64,000 nt of DNA from Raillietiella orientalis. Its lineage: Eukaryota. The notes beneath the pieces are model-generated. The model was not told the DNA's origin and did not search any database. It saw only the letters and a program-made list of their open reading frames with translations. Positions 12,020 through 25,050 of the stretch are shown piece after piece. The position numbers and the translations under genes are program-made. Where the stretch lies: positions 1,178,001 through 1,242,000 of the forward strand of contig JAYWIR010000025.1 in assembly GCA_036172245.1 (NCBI GenBank), read 5' to 3'. Positions within the stretch are counted from its first letter, which is position 1. Every line of letters starts with the position of its first letter.

Positions 12020-13410
12020 TAAGTGGAAGGGAAATCTGGGGTGCTGGGTGGGGATTCTCTTGCTCCCGGTCTTGCCCCTTGCTCGTTCCCAACGGAGAAG
12101 AACTGCGGCAAGGGACCGAAATCGATTTCACACAAGACAACTCTGTCAGCGTTTCTTCCAGAAAGATCGTCGCTCCCATCCACCATCCTCTTGGCCCCCG
12201 TCGTGGAACTGCCTGCGTCTCGACATGTATTCCCGCTGCTCGTTGCCAAAGATCCCGGAGAATCCCAGAATGAGCGCGTAGGGGGAGAGCATCCCTCTTG
12301 CCGCAGCACTGTCCTCTTCAAGGGAGGCGAAGCGGGAAGTTTCCTGAAAGACCGTAGGCAGGAGGAAGAGAATGGGTGTTTCGGCCGTGAGGCAGCTGAC
12401 CAACGCTGCAACCCCAAGTATCCTTCCACGTGGACTTCAAACTGGGGCAAGCTGCTCGGTATTCGTGATGAAGACCTGAAGTGGCTCCCAGAGCTCGTGG
12501 ACAGCAGCACCCTCCCTCTGAAGTGGCAGGAGTCGGTACTTCAGCTGCTGCACTGGGGTCTCCCCTGCAGCTCTCATCAACACCATTGAACACCAGGGAG
12601 TGCACTCCGGACTGCCGCAGTTGAGGGGAACGAGAGTCCCTCCCGCACTTGCTTGTGGACTGTGTTGCCATCTGGCTCCTTTAGGAACTCTTGGTCGCGA
12701 TCCTAGTAACCCCAGAGACGTTTTGAGACGCCCCCTCGTACGGGATGCCCTACCGCCAGAGACATCCCTAGAAGCTCTCTGCTGCCTATGCAGGATTTTG
12801 GCTATCTGAAGCGCCGCCGAAAGAGGCGAGAACGACAGAGATATCTAGTTTGCGGTCCGCTCCTTGAGGACAGCGACGAAAAGGCCCCATCTAAGGAGTA
12901 TGCATCCTGAATTTGCCGACATCCTCTTCATCCTTGAAAGGATGCAGAGGAGACCCCTAAGCAGACAGCGATCTCATCCCTAACCCTTCAGAGTGCATTA
13001 TCTATTTGTTTATTTATTTGGTTTTATTTTTGCTTGTTTCCCTCCCCCCCTGCTGTCGATGTGATCCTCGCTGGTCTGCGTACCGGTTCATCGGCAGGCT
13101 CATAGATGAATGAACGTGGTGGAGCTCGGGGTCCTGCCACTGATTTTGTAAGTTTATTCTTCGTAATAGATCTCCAGAGCAACCTGGTGTAAAGCGATGT
13201 CTGATCGTAGCGCCCGGACGTGTTTTTGAAGCGCTTCGCGAGTCGCTGCATTGAGAAGTTTTCCTTGCGTTTCGTGTTTGCGTGTGTGTTCGACGGTGTC
13301 CTCCTTCATTCCTCCCCTCCAATGCCGAGGCAACCCTGCAGGTCCAGGGACAATTGAGAGCGATAGAGCCAAATGCCCCACCACGATTTGCGAGTTTTAA
13401 ATTTTAATAA
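12020..13410 (+). mobile_element. L1/Tx1-like LINE ORF2 C-terminus with CCHC zinc knuckle and 3' UTR
   Basis: WTSNWGKLL...LPLKWQESVLQLLHWGLP (zf-RVT-like), then CRS*GERESLPHLLVDC at 12613-12663 (CX2CX7HX4C with the second Cys mutated to TGA). T-rich UTR; AATAAA at ~13406. Confidence 0.7.
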
Positions 13411-13449
13411 ACATCCCGGCGTTCCTGAGATCATCGCATCCTCCTGGTT

Positions 13450-15100
13450 TGACCTCGTCAGCGACCCGACGAGTCAGGAAGACGCGATGAGCGAACACCG
13501 CATTTGCCGCCTATCCGCGGTGGGAGGTCGGAAGGCGAGGACCAGCGGGAGCAAGGCGTGGCATGCGTTGCTGGTGACAACGCATGTGACGAAACAGCTC
13601 GACGGGCCATCCGCAGGCGCGCGTGGCGGAAAGGACCGGGAGGGCGTGCGGGAACCCGAACCCAGGCGGTCCACCACAGCAGCCCGCAAGAGGACCTTCA
13701 TTCGTTTGACCGCCGCCGTTCCTCCGTGATCACATTCCGCGGAGCGGCTCTGCAGCCACAGAACGCCCATTCCGCTCGAGCCCCAGCAGGGAACTCCTCG
13801 ATGGCGTTCTGTCTCCTCCGGTGGCGGCGATTGGTTTGCTTAAGACGCACGAGCTCCGTGCATCCATTGGGATCCCCCCGGATTCTGAATCTTCCTACTC
13901 GCAGCTTCGACTCCCCCTGCAAACCGACCTCATCATCGAACTGTCGTGCAGAGTCCCTTTGAGACGCCGTGCTTCCTGAAGAAGCCTTTCCGGATGGAAG
14001 CGCTCATGGGAAACCGCGGTGTCATCCTGGAGATCATCCTCCATGGTTCGATGAACACCCTGAAGGTCGGTCGTCCCCGTTGAGAGACGGGGACATCCGT
14101 TTCCTCTTCCTGTGCTTTCGGCCGCGAGGTCCGCATCGACTTTTCCATCCAGGCAGTTGCGTTCCGGGGGAAGATTTATTCCACGTGGTCATCCCACAGT
14201 CCAAGACGGGGTCAATCGGCGCGCCGCGAGAATTAAGCTGCAATTTTCCTGAAGGGTGGCATCGGATGCTGGAAAAACCTCACGTGAAGAGCGTCTCGAG
14301 GCAAAGACGCGGACGCGTCTAAACGTGGGCGAGACGATTGCGTCGGTTTTCTCCGAGGAATTCTGATGTTTCCTGCGTCCTTCAGCGCTTGAGGCAAAGT
14401 GCCATTTGAAGGACGTGGGGAACGAAGCCGGAGGCAGGGTTTCCACCCCGAAATCCCCTTCTCGTGGCGAACGTCACCGAGAGATGCAAACGGTGATTCA
14501 AGCATCCAACGTGCTGGTGCACGACCATTCAGCGTGCGTTCGGACACGCGAACACCGCTCCGAGTCCTCCACCACGCTCCCCTCCTTGCTCAGGAGACGG
14601 TTTTGAGAACCCACGCCAGTTCTCCAGCCTTTCTTGCAGAGGAGGGCGCTTACCGATGCACTCCCACAAAGGGAAGGAAATACAGTGGGAAGCTGCAGCT
14701 TCGATCGAGGATGTGATTTACTAAACCTAAGATAGCATTTGGTGATCCCATTTCATCCGACAGCCCCCACCTTCGAAAGTACATTGCGATGTGATTTCTT
14801 TCCCTGAGGTCATTTTGCAATGTTCTGATGGCAGGTGAAACTCCCTTTGGAAGAGGACACGAAGCGCGTGCTTGTCCGCGCCTACGTGGCGCCACACTCG
14901 TCACCGTCATGTCCGACCAATCACCTCGAGCTTTCACCTGGAAACGGGACTCGCAAAGTGTTTTTCGAGCAACACGTCTCTAGGTTTCCTCGACGCCCGT
15001 GTGAAATTTTCGAACGCTTCGCTCTCGCACCTGACTTTCGCGAACGCTGCAGGCATTCCGTGAGACCCTTAACGGAATTGTTGCAGAAATATCCTGTGAC
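13450..15100 (-). mobile_element. GC-rich decayed LINE RT/C-terminal relic
   Basis: GMP-QRS (~GVPQGS), HVGADKHAL (~YADD..L), DLRERNHIAMYFRRWGL (domain 6), GVLWLQSR near the 3' end. Weak. Confidence 0.35.
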
Positions 15101-15199
15101 CGACACACCGACAGATGCAGATGACACACAGATGCAGCACCTTGCTAGCTAGCTTGTTCAGGACTCGTTCCAGAGCATCTTCGGACTTGGATCGGAACA

Positions 15200-15900
15200 A
15201 GTGAATCCGAGGTGACCCTGAAGGCCGATTGTCGAGCAAGTGTAAGCTTCGGTTCAGTGTCCACCGATGCACTTTGCCCCTTTTTTGACAATCATTTTGC
15301 AGCCTTTCTACTGTAAAATGATTATGGGATAGGCAATGATTTACACCCACCATCAGTGCACAGTATCAACTGAACTTCACATAATAAAAGCAAGAGATCA
15401 CTTCCCAGCCATCCTGATTAAACCAAGTAACATGTCAATCAGACTGTGTAGGAATTATCATTTTGTTTAGCGCTGAGACCCTTTCCTGTGGCACTCTTAC
15501 ACCTCCTACTCTAAGATGGAGGAACAGAATGCCTTCCATTCCTTGGCTTCATCTCATGTGTAGCGAAGGATGAAAGCAATACTATACTATACTTATAGTC
15601 AATCACTGATTCACTCATTTTCGAATATTCATCATTTAGAATTGTTCTTCGCATTACATTGCAAATCTAAATTACTCTGTGCATTTCCATGCTTCTCTTG
15701 GAGTATCAGTGGCTTTTAGAGTCTCCTTCTGTGGGCTGTCCGATAGCATCGGATCCTGCGACGAGTATGGTATCTTGAGTTTCTTATCATCTTCTATCTT
15801 ATGTCAAATGTGCTCTCAGTTCTGATCTCTTCCGGGTTCGGAATCACCGAACTCACGTACTTCCACCATCATTCATGCTTGCATCATCTGCTGCAGATCC
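15200..15900 (-). mobile_element. CR1/Jockey-like RT fragment
   Basis: *FRTRKRS, LKATD (~KAFD), RVPQERVS (~GVPQGSVL), LCTDGG (~LFADD), ERLQNDCQ...HRWTLNRSL (~LQ.DL....W....L). Confidence 0.55.
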
Positions 15901-15979
15901 CGCTCATCAATTGCTGTGACACCTGGTCTTTCGTTCCACTTTTTAGAAATCTGGAGATTTTCCTTTTTTCCTTTTTTTC

Positions 15980-16720
15980 ACCAACCGACCAAACTGCAGC
16001 ATCAGATGATTTCAAATGAAGCGGACTTCCCCGATAGGCGTATTTTACTACCGACGGCTTCAATCACCAACCTTCCGATGCAAATGCAACTTGGATTTCC
16101 AAGTTTTCAGGGGCCACTGTTTGGGAAGCTCTCAGAAAGCTAAGGGCAGTACCATGGTGAATGCTCTAATGGTTGCGGTCGGTGATGGCTGAGGTCATCG
16201 CAAATCACTTTTTGCAGACCGGTTCTTATCAGAGATGCAAGGAGTGTCGCAGAATATTTGGAGGCGACTGTTGCAAAGCAACGACTGTCCTTGCGTGCTA
16301 ACAGTGACAGGGAGTACCTCATGCTGATATGCCTCAGTAGGGCCTTTGGCTTACAGATTTCTAAAACTACCTTCGGGACGAAATAATTTCCGATGCTTGG
16401 GGAATCACATTTGCGGCCATTGTTTTGACAGTTTATCACAGTGAGAGTCAGAATTCCTAGCTTTTCTGAAAATCTCTTGTATTTATGCTCTTGTTTTTCA
16501 AAATCTTTTCTTCTATAAGAATTCGCTCATGCAACATTCTTCATTCCTGGAAATCCGTGGTCAAGTGAGCATTTATCTGGCTTGAACTCAAAAGAAACTA
16601 AGAAGCCCTAAGGACAAAAAAAGGCAAAAGCCACAAGACTCTACCTACCATGTGGTTGTTTAACTGTAGAAGAGTTGTAAAAAATCCATATCTTAATAGA
16701 AGATTGAGTCTTTTAACAAG
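15980..16720 (+). mobile_element. RTE-like RT fragment (domains 4-7)
   Basis: RRLLQSNDC at 16262-16288 (~RELLFADDC), SRAFGLQISKT, NLLYLCSCFS (~F.YLGS.LS), SKETK, LPTM. Confidence 0.55.
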
Positions 16721-16789
16721 TTTGAATGCCACTGCCAATGCACAGAATAATGATGAGACGTGGAGAATGGCAAGTCAGATGAATTCCAA

Positions 16790-16870
16790 CAAGAAGCAAC
16801 CACTTTTTGCAAAGAATGTACGAGAGTACATCCTTTGCAAAAAGTGGTTGTTCCTTGTGAAGTCACAAGG
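16790..16870. repeat. Near-perfect hairpin (25-bp stem, GAGA loop) plus an overlapping 8-bp hairpin
   Basis: caaccactttttgcaaagaatgtac (16797-16821) / gaga / gtacatcctttgcaaaaagtggttg (16826-16850), one mismatch. Then ccttgtga-ag-tcacaagg (16853-16870). Confidence 0.9.
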
Positions 16871-17599
16871 GCACGCCTTGAGCAAAGAGATCCAATCGTA
16901 TCCTCGGGTGAAAGAACAGCCAAAACCCAAAATCACCTCGAAGATAAACAAAATTATCCTTCCGGCTGGTCCTCATTTTCAAGCTCTATGAATTGAGCAA
17001 AATGCCTGCGTGAAATAGGAGAGTTGGAATGTAACTTGTTGCTTCTTCTCTGGCCACCATGAATCATCTTCGCTGGCCATCATGGTTTCGTGACCTTCTC
17101 TCAGCACTGATTTCTGAAAATGGCAATGGCAATTTCTGAAAATTCGTCTCCTGACGAGGACAGAATTCTTCTTAATCTGCAAAACGGAGAATATATATGC
17201 CACTCTCTCACAAACTCGGAAAACATCTCGAAAAAATTAAATGAAATGAAATTAAATGAAAAGGGAAGAAAATGATCAGAAATAGTCATGAAGGATATGG
17301 CGAAAACATGCCAACACTTTCACCCATCAGAATGGATGACATGGATGACACGATTGGATCATCCTAAAACAGTAAGCAGCAGAAGAGAGAGAAACAGTTG
17401 CATGGTCCTTGTACAAAGTGAAAACTTCAGAGAATGTGTACATGAAAGTTCGAGTGAAAACTAAAGCAGATGAAAAAAGCTAGCTAAGAATTGTGGAGAT
17501 TTTCAGCTATGACACGCATCGTGATGAGATCTTCGAATCAGAATACGAGAGTGAAGGAGGATAGGGAAGAGATCCCAATCGGAAAGACTGTGAAGCAAC

Positions 17600-19400
17600 T
17601 TTCCATGGATCCGAAAGATGCCAGAAAAAAACAGGAAAAAAACCGGAACTTCAAAGAATTGCTTTTGCTTTCAAAGATCGGGTGATACCAGGGTTCCTCG
17701 GGAAGATTGGAAGTCGCAGCATGCAAGAAATCGAGCGCCGTTTATGAAAGTGTGATTCGTCCCGATGAACCAGTTACTAGCAGGTGGTTTGCGGAGTCTT
17801 ACAGAACCTTCCTCGGGAGCAAAAGGAAGATCCAAATAAGAGATGCTTAATTTGCGGAAACGCCATGTAGAACCGAATGCCACAGTGCTGGGGAAGTGAA
17901 GGCAAGAACCATTAGCGAGAGATCATTCTGGATTCTCTTGATACAGCTATTGCTGAGGAGCACACCTAGGAGGTTGCTCGGTATATTCTACATAATCAAA
18001 AAGTGCAAATTTATCATAATTTACTGGAGGACAAGTACAGAGCTGCATGACGTTTACGTGAAGATTCTCGAAAATGTATGAATCAGAACAGACCATGATG
18101 GTCCGCAAACACTTTCTGTGGAGACAGCCCGCAAGAGATTTTCTTTGAAATCAAAATGTGGTCACAGTTTCTTATCTTTCGTATCTTGCATGTACGCTAC
18201 AAATTTCAGTGTGACCACTTCGTGAACAAACTGGCACGCGCTTCCCAGCGGCCGCGCTGGTGTTGACACTTTCTTTGCAGGAAGTCAATTTCGGACAGCG
18301 CGTTTCTATTAGTGAGAGCTCTTAAATTTCAAACTGCTGTCTTTTGAAAACGGAGAAAGAAAGCTGGTGTTCCACCAGAGTGGCTTCAAGCTTGTGCCAA
18401 CGAAGTCACTCGCCATTCAAAGCAGGAGAAGAACACCAAGCTGCCATGGATGAAGGGATGAGAACACTTAGAAGGAGCAGTTTTAAAGAAATTCGCGTTG
18501 CTTTTAGGCTAACTGGCAAGCGATTTGGAAGACCGGAAGCACATGTGATGGTTGCTGAGCAAAGCCATTTCCAAGATGCAGCTCAGACCGCGTTGCTTGG
18601 CGATGTGTGTTATAGTTTAACGTGGCTTCAAATTCATTCCAGCACCTATAGGATTCGCAAATTTCCAAATGAATACAAAGATGCATGACTCTCAGGTGAA
18701 TGCTCTGAACTGACCTAACCAGATCAGATTTTCCGTGCATATGAGACCAGGAGAGAATATTACAGCATCCAGATGCTTTTCTCACAGAATTCAGAGAATT
18801 ACGCAATTCAAGTGATGGATGGTAAGTAGCCGATAAAGAGATGCAAAGATGCCACGTCCAAAGCAGTACGGTTACCAAGGCAACTGGGCAATCAGAATGG
18901 CACCAGGATTCATACCTTAAAACGAAATCATGGGAAAAAGAACACCAGCTAATGCTTGATGAGAACATCGCAAACCGAAAATCCTGAGGTGATGAAAATT
19001 TCGATTTTCACAGTATAAGCATAAGCACAGTAATAATGCCATTGTAATCCCTTTCTCTTCCTGGAATGGCTAAATGATCACAGAGTGAGCAGGGTGCACG
19101 ACGATGTTGCTGAAAGTCAAATCATTCGAAAAACAGCCACATGGAGAGATGTGGTAAGTGGGATGAAAGCACAAGGATGCTTGGTAGTTTCCAGTGAGTA
19201 GGCAAATGGCCTGCAAGATGAATTTTGACTTACGATCAGCGAAGTGTCGGTAGAAAGATACTGAGATCGCACCTCTAAAAGAACCCTTGAAGAAATCTAT
19301 CTCGAAGGAATCCGACATATTCAAAGGCATCAATTTCGGAAAAATGAAAATCAGTACTTGAATGGGAATAATTGGATGCAATTAATGGGAAGGCAACTTG
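17600..19400 (+). mobile_element. RTE-like LINE RT relic (domain 1 to thumb)
   Basis: PREDWK, ESYR, GEVKARTI, IFYIIKKC, LHDVYV, EIRVAFRLTGKRF (~GI.IRYR.DGKLF), ALLGDVC (~LFADDC), DKEMQR...WHQDSYLKTK. Confidence 0.7.
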
Positions 19401-19499
19401 GTAGCTAAGCTTGATTAAAATTCGGAATCGGAATCATCAGTTTGTTTGTAATCGAACAACTTACAACATGCATCATCATTCGTGCATTTTAAGATCAGA

Positions 19500-20850
19500 G
19501 TCTCAGCAAGTTGATGCATGTGCGCTTAGCCAATGTACCAATGCATAATCTAGGTTTGGAGTATTCTGCAAGCTAAAATGCCATACCTGTGAGCGACGGA
19601 AAATTAGGGATATTGTGATCGTTAAGAAAAACGGGATAGCGAATGAGAAGCATAATTTAAATTTCGGATTCCCGCGCTCGCACAGAGATGATAACTTTAG
19701 TCCAGCATCAGGAAAGTTGGAGCAAAAACTACGTGGTCGATAGAGGGCCTGAAAGCGATAATTCCAGATGGAGAGTTTGTGACTTCTCTCCAATTGAGCT
19801 CGTGGAAGGTTGGTTCAGTGCGTAGCGTATAGCACATATTCCAATGCCTCTGTCTATCCCATGTACCGAAGGCATCAGGTAACCGTATGCTCGTGAAGGC
19901 GACTGAGAGGTGGATAAATATCGAGAAGACAAAGATAATGGGTTGCTAGAATAGATGGTACTTATCCGTGGTTCACACTGTTCTTTTCGGTTATCAGACA
20001 AAACTAATGGAAGGATGAATTTTCTGAATCGCTAACTGGTGGCTTCTCGAAACCTGCCGAGCAAGCCCGAAAAGGAACAAAGTCGCTGAATTCATCCGTG
20101 ATGTTATAAGCGATTAATACCATTAAAAATGAGCAGCTCATCTGCCTATCAAGTGGAAAAACAGAGGCAAGTCATCCTAATCTGCAAAGATTTTCAGATA
20201 AGCTCAGTTGATGAAAATAATGTGAGAGATAAGCTCTGAAGACATTTGAGAAGAAGAAAATACCTTTTGGAACCATGAAAGATTCAAATGTGAAAAAATG
20301 GGGCAATTAGAAACGAGATGGAGCATCCTTAATGTGATCATCGGACGCTCGTTAAAATCCATTATTCTTTGGAGATCTTTCGTAACTTTTCTGTCGAAGG
20401 AAAAGTCAACTAGAAGAGGAAGCCAAAACACTCCAAAGTTTGTAAGATCAAGATGAAAATCTTAGGTTCTTGCAAAATAAAATACTTGAGAACCGCATCA
20501 TCTTTGGATCCAATCTTGGTTATCCCATTCCCTGCTCCTTTTTCGAACTAGAGCAAGTGATAATCTGCACACGATGAGCAGCGAAACTCTCTGGAAAAAT
20601 GCCCTGTTTCTATGGGAACTTCTTCGGTCTCAACAGAAGGTATACTCATTCGTGAGACGAAACCTGATTCTATCTTGTAACGTAGTTATTTGTAAAGCTT
20701 GCTAGGTTCCTCAAAATTCTTAGGGTAGAGTAATGGAAAACTGTATCTTCTGGTTTCGAAGGACGTGCGACCCCATTTTCTTTAGGTAGTGCTGAACTCT
20801 CGTGTAAAATCACTGCTTGGAATTGTAGTCATTGTAACTTGAGCTCGCAT
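19500..20850 (-). mobile_element. RTE-like LINE RT relic
   Basis: LPKENG/LLYPK, WFQKVFSS (~DL.KAFDS), VNHG*VP (~VKQG.VL), RGIGICAIRY, DAGLKLS. Confidence 0.55.
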
Positions 20851-22359
20851 ATTTTATAAGTTGGCTTTTTTTTTAAAAAAAAAAAAAAGAAAAGAAAAAG
20901 AAGTCAGCTTCCAACAGCTGAATGAATGTGTTTTATCAGTTCTCCGTTCTGGCACTACTGATGTACCAACTACTGGATAATGTCGTCGGGAAATTCCCAT
21001 TGTCTAATTTCTCTTGCACTTCTACTTTTACGATTCTAATCAGCTTCCATCTTCACTAACGACCACGGCATCTACTGACAGGTAATTAAGAAGTATTAGG
21101 AAAAGCTGCAACGAAGGAACCGCTCAGACTCCTCGTTGACCAATGGATTACACGAGATCAAAAATCATGGGCAAAATAAAACGCGCTTTCCGATGTGTGT
21201 GATAACAGAATTCTTGTCTCGAATCCTCCTCTTCCCCAGAGATCGAACGCTGAATTATTCACCCTGAAAGATGAGGAATGAAGCAGAACCCTTAGGACAT
21301 CGGTCGGAGTCTGGAAATCTTCATCTGCAGTTTATTCATCCATCATTACTGATTCGCGATGCATTGCTTGCTGTGATTAAATAACAAGAGCCCTCCCTTC
21401 CTTGGAATGGTACTCATTATTCTCAGATGGACGGAATTCCTTTGATAATCTGCTCTCGAGATGCACCTTTATGCTCTGCTTGTGACGACTTGTTATCTGA
21501 ACTCGTGAATTTGCGTCACTTACCAAGTGCGGTGCTCTTTCTCTTCGCGTCCCGGCTCCACACTCCCCATTATTTTCGGTTTACACCATGAACATTTGTT
21601 ACTAATATAGGAATTTTATGAGCCTTACAGCTGCCTGAGAACAAACGGCCCTGGAAGAACAGAAGCTACGAAGACCCACATGAAGACTGAAACTGAGTGC
21701 CAAATTAAATCCATTCCTCTGCCTTCATGAGAGACACATTTGCAGAGCTATTTGTGACGATGGTTGTGCCTACCCTGGGTAGAGCTAAACCAACTTGTGA
21801 CACTTGAGGTACACGTGAAGAATGGCTTAGCAGATTGCAGACTGAGTCGAGACGGGAGCCAAGTCATTTCCATCCACACCAGTTCTCAGCGTCGGTAGGA
21901 GTAGAAAGAAGAAATAATCGTTCGGATTTACCCATGGACATCGTATCTTTCATCTCAACTGATCATTCCTGAAGAAGACAGAAAAAGCTCATTCCTTCGT
22001 CTCAACTAGGGTCCATGGACAAAGAGTTACATGGAAATAGCGTAGGCATGTGATTCAGAAATTTTTTCCATGAAATGACATTCAAAATTCTCTTTCAAGA
22101 CTTCCAGTCTCCCAGAAGAACAACCTCGCCACAGTTTACACCCCTTTCATCTCTGGATAGCACCTTGCTGTGAAGTTTGTAACGGTGAATAAGCGAAATG
22201 AGCTCATCTCGTGGATCTAATGTGAAATAGGATCACATGGCCGCTTGATTGATGTGTAGAACTGGGAGAAAACTTCTCTACTTATGGAACGATGGAAACC
22301 GAGTTGCTCAAAATTTTGCTCTCTGAGTGGCCGACAGATTTGGTGCCCGTTTTATAGTT

Positions 22360-23100
22360 GTCTCTTTCTTCTACATACACTCCGGCGCTATGCTTCATTA
22401 CTGTTAGTACTGACGGAAATGAATTTTCTCAGGTTTTGAGGAAGATGCAGGCGGGTCTCGCGCACTGCGACGAGCATTCCTTTCGCTGTCCTCCTTTGAA
22501 TTCGGGACTTTGGAGAACGCAGCAGAAAAAACAACACAGTCCCCTTTTTTCCTGTTTCATAAAGGTTCGGTACAGTTTGCAAACAGGTTCATTAGCCTCG
22601 GCAAACTGAGAAATAATCTCTATGCATCTCTTGAATTCTCTCTACCCTTCCTGATTGGAACCGCGTTCCAGCCGTTTAAAGTTACACGCTGTAAGTCTGT
22701 TTTCATGGTCTTTGTGAAGGCATTGAGAAACTCTTTGGTTTTCGCGATACTTAAAGAAATGCGGTTGCGTTGTCAGCGTCCGTACAGTCAGACCCCACTG
22801 CACTCTCGACCACCGTGGTCAGTATCAGTTTGTAAGAGCGTTTGTTACATTAGCAGCTGTTCAAGATAGAAGGCGACCTATTGGTATGCATTTTTCCATC
22901 GCCACAGAACTCCACGGTGTTCACGTAACTGCTCGTCTTATTTGTATGGCTCACTCACTACTTCAGATTTTTTACTCCATCAATTACTCACTTCCACCAT
23001 CCTTCACTTGAACTTCCCTTGAGATAATGACACTCTGTGGATGTACGGCTATTCCCTTATTTTTATACCGAGTTTACTCGTGGCAGAAGAAAACAGGGTT
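22360..23100 (+). mobile_element. LINE RT fragment (domains 0-4), RTE-like
   Basis: NEFSQVLRKMQAGLAHCDE (~E+..A+.KMK.GKA.G.D), GSLASAN*EIIS (~NYR.IS), KSVFMVFVKAL...ILKEMRL, GCTAIPLFL. Confidence 0.65.
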
Positions 23101-23199
23101 GGATGCTGCGATGAGCGCCTGAGTTAGCATCAGCCCTGAGTACTGCCGCACTTGCGCCTTTGCCTGGATACTTTTAGGACCGTCATGGAATGTCAGGGG

Positions 23200-23800
23200 T
23201 GTTCATGAGAGGAATAGGAGGATGGATTGTAATCTGTGTGGTCGGTGGATTGATATTGCAGGTGGGATTGCGGCTGAAATCCGGTTTGATAGGAAAAGCT
23301 TCGCTTAGGTTTCCAGGTTTCCGATATCGCCTATCTTTCCCTTCCTCCGTGGGGAGGCAAGGGGCTCTCTCCACTGCTGATGCGCTTTTGGTTTCTGCCA
23401 CAGTTTCTCTGGAAATTGTGCTTCTGTGGCAGGCGATGCCTCGTTGAGCCGGTGGAAGCCCATCCGCGATCCCCGGCACCCGTCCGGGGCGACGTCCATC
23501 TTTTCGGTCCTGCAGGCTGTTTCTGAGAGGGTGGTGCCGTGCCACGTGCTGGCAACGGCGGTCGCCAGATAGGGGAGGTCCTCCCATCTCCATCGCGTTG
23601 GTGCAGGCCGCAGCCAAGTGGCGCTGCCCGGGATGAGAAGCACGAGGGCGCCTTCTCCCGATTGTGAGCAGGGGCAACCTGAGATCGGTGGTGCGTGCTT
23701 CCCCCCTTCCTCTTCCTCGCAGGAGGGAAGGGCGAAGGTCGGGTGGACATCTGCCCAAGAGCTTTCGTCTCATTTGACATGGCAAACTTTACCTCGAAAG
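23200..23800 (-). mobile_element. LINE ORF2 C-terminus with degenerate CCHC knuckle
   Basis: ALPSCEEEEGGKHAPPISGCP followed by RWEDLPYLATAVASTW; GC-rich block. Confidence 0.45.
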
Positions 23801-24199
23801 TAAATTAGTGGAATGAAAACCAAATCCAAGTCGTTCCCCGAGATCTGCGAACACACGTAGGTTTAACAACACTTTCGGGGGAGGGGGGCAAGGGGTTCTT
23901 AAAATGGAAGCATGCTTAGACCGACGCGCATTTGCGCACAGCACTCCGCGACAAAGTTTGCAAAAGTCTGCTAAGCAAAGCTTTGATGCCGTTTATGGTT
24001 ATGCGATTAGGATTTTCTTGTATCGTTCATCTGTGCACGAATGACTGAAATGAAACATAATATGGTGATTGCGGTTGGTCATCAGTTAGGACCGGGAACG
24101 ACGAAACTGGTCCCTGACGATCGATCCACCAAACACTGGGAGCACAGGAAAAGGTTGATTTCTAGCTGCTACTCGAAGCCGATCCATCATATGCTATTA

Positions 24200-25050
24200 A
24201 GAAACTGGGAAAACCATACAAGGAAAAGAAACAGGCATTATGTAGAAATATGCTTGTAGAGGGATTTCAAGAATTTCTAAAACTTATCTTCACAAAATCA
24301 TGTCATCATGGTAATGTTATTTTGCATCTTCATTATCAGGTTCAGCAGCTTTCGGTGTTATTTGTGCCCTCGCCACTACATATTTCATATTTTCATATAT
24401 ATATACAATAGGAATTTGGCATTTATCACTTTCGTGTCAAATGGTAATCTTACCAACTGAAAAAAAATTGAAACCAAATTTTCTTAAACTCGATTTGAAT
24501 CGACGAGTGCCGTCACTAAACATTAATGGCGAGCTTGAAAGGAAGCATTACATAAGTCAAATAAGCCAAAACTGAGCTCAGAGTAGAAAAGGGAACGTTT
24601 CAATGCAAGCATTTCAGTGTGGGCGATTCAGTGGCAATCCTATATAGGGACTGATTACCTGTATTCAGTTTCCACATTGAGACTTCGTGTCATCACACTG
24701 ATGGCGGTTGCGAGTTTGTAAACACTGTGATGAGAATCCGTGACACATTCGTTCTTCCTTGGAGTTGCGAATCAGCTGAGGATAGCAATAGAATTCCTCG
24801 TTCCACTGCGTTCTGGTAGGAATCAGGAGCTGATCATGTAACGAACGTTCCTTAGAAAAGCTGTTAATTTGCTTGCAATACAATTTAAATGATGTGCTCT
24901 CAGTCGTTCCTTGGCAGCGGCAGAGGAATAGAAGACATGACTACACGGTGATCAAGAAAATAGAAAGGAATTTTCAATGCTATTCCACATCACTTAATTC
25001 CTGTGTATCGAGGACATGTTTAATTTAATTTGATGGAACAATTGATATCA
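24200..25050 (-). mobile_element. LINE RT fragment
   Basis: STSFKLYCKQIN, *FLPERSGTRNSIAIL (~GF.P.RST), HYHDDMIL at ~24316-24293 (~YADD). Confidence 0.6.

Noticed and set aside
11776..12510. Longest ORF (244 aa, minus strand) as a gene
   Set aside because: Chimeric: mostly antisense of the + strand LINE C-terminus, fused to the nested antisense fragment.
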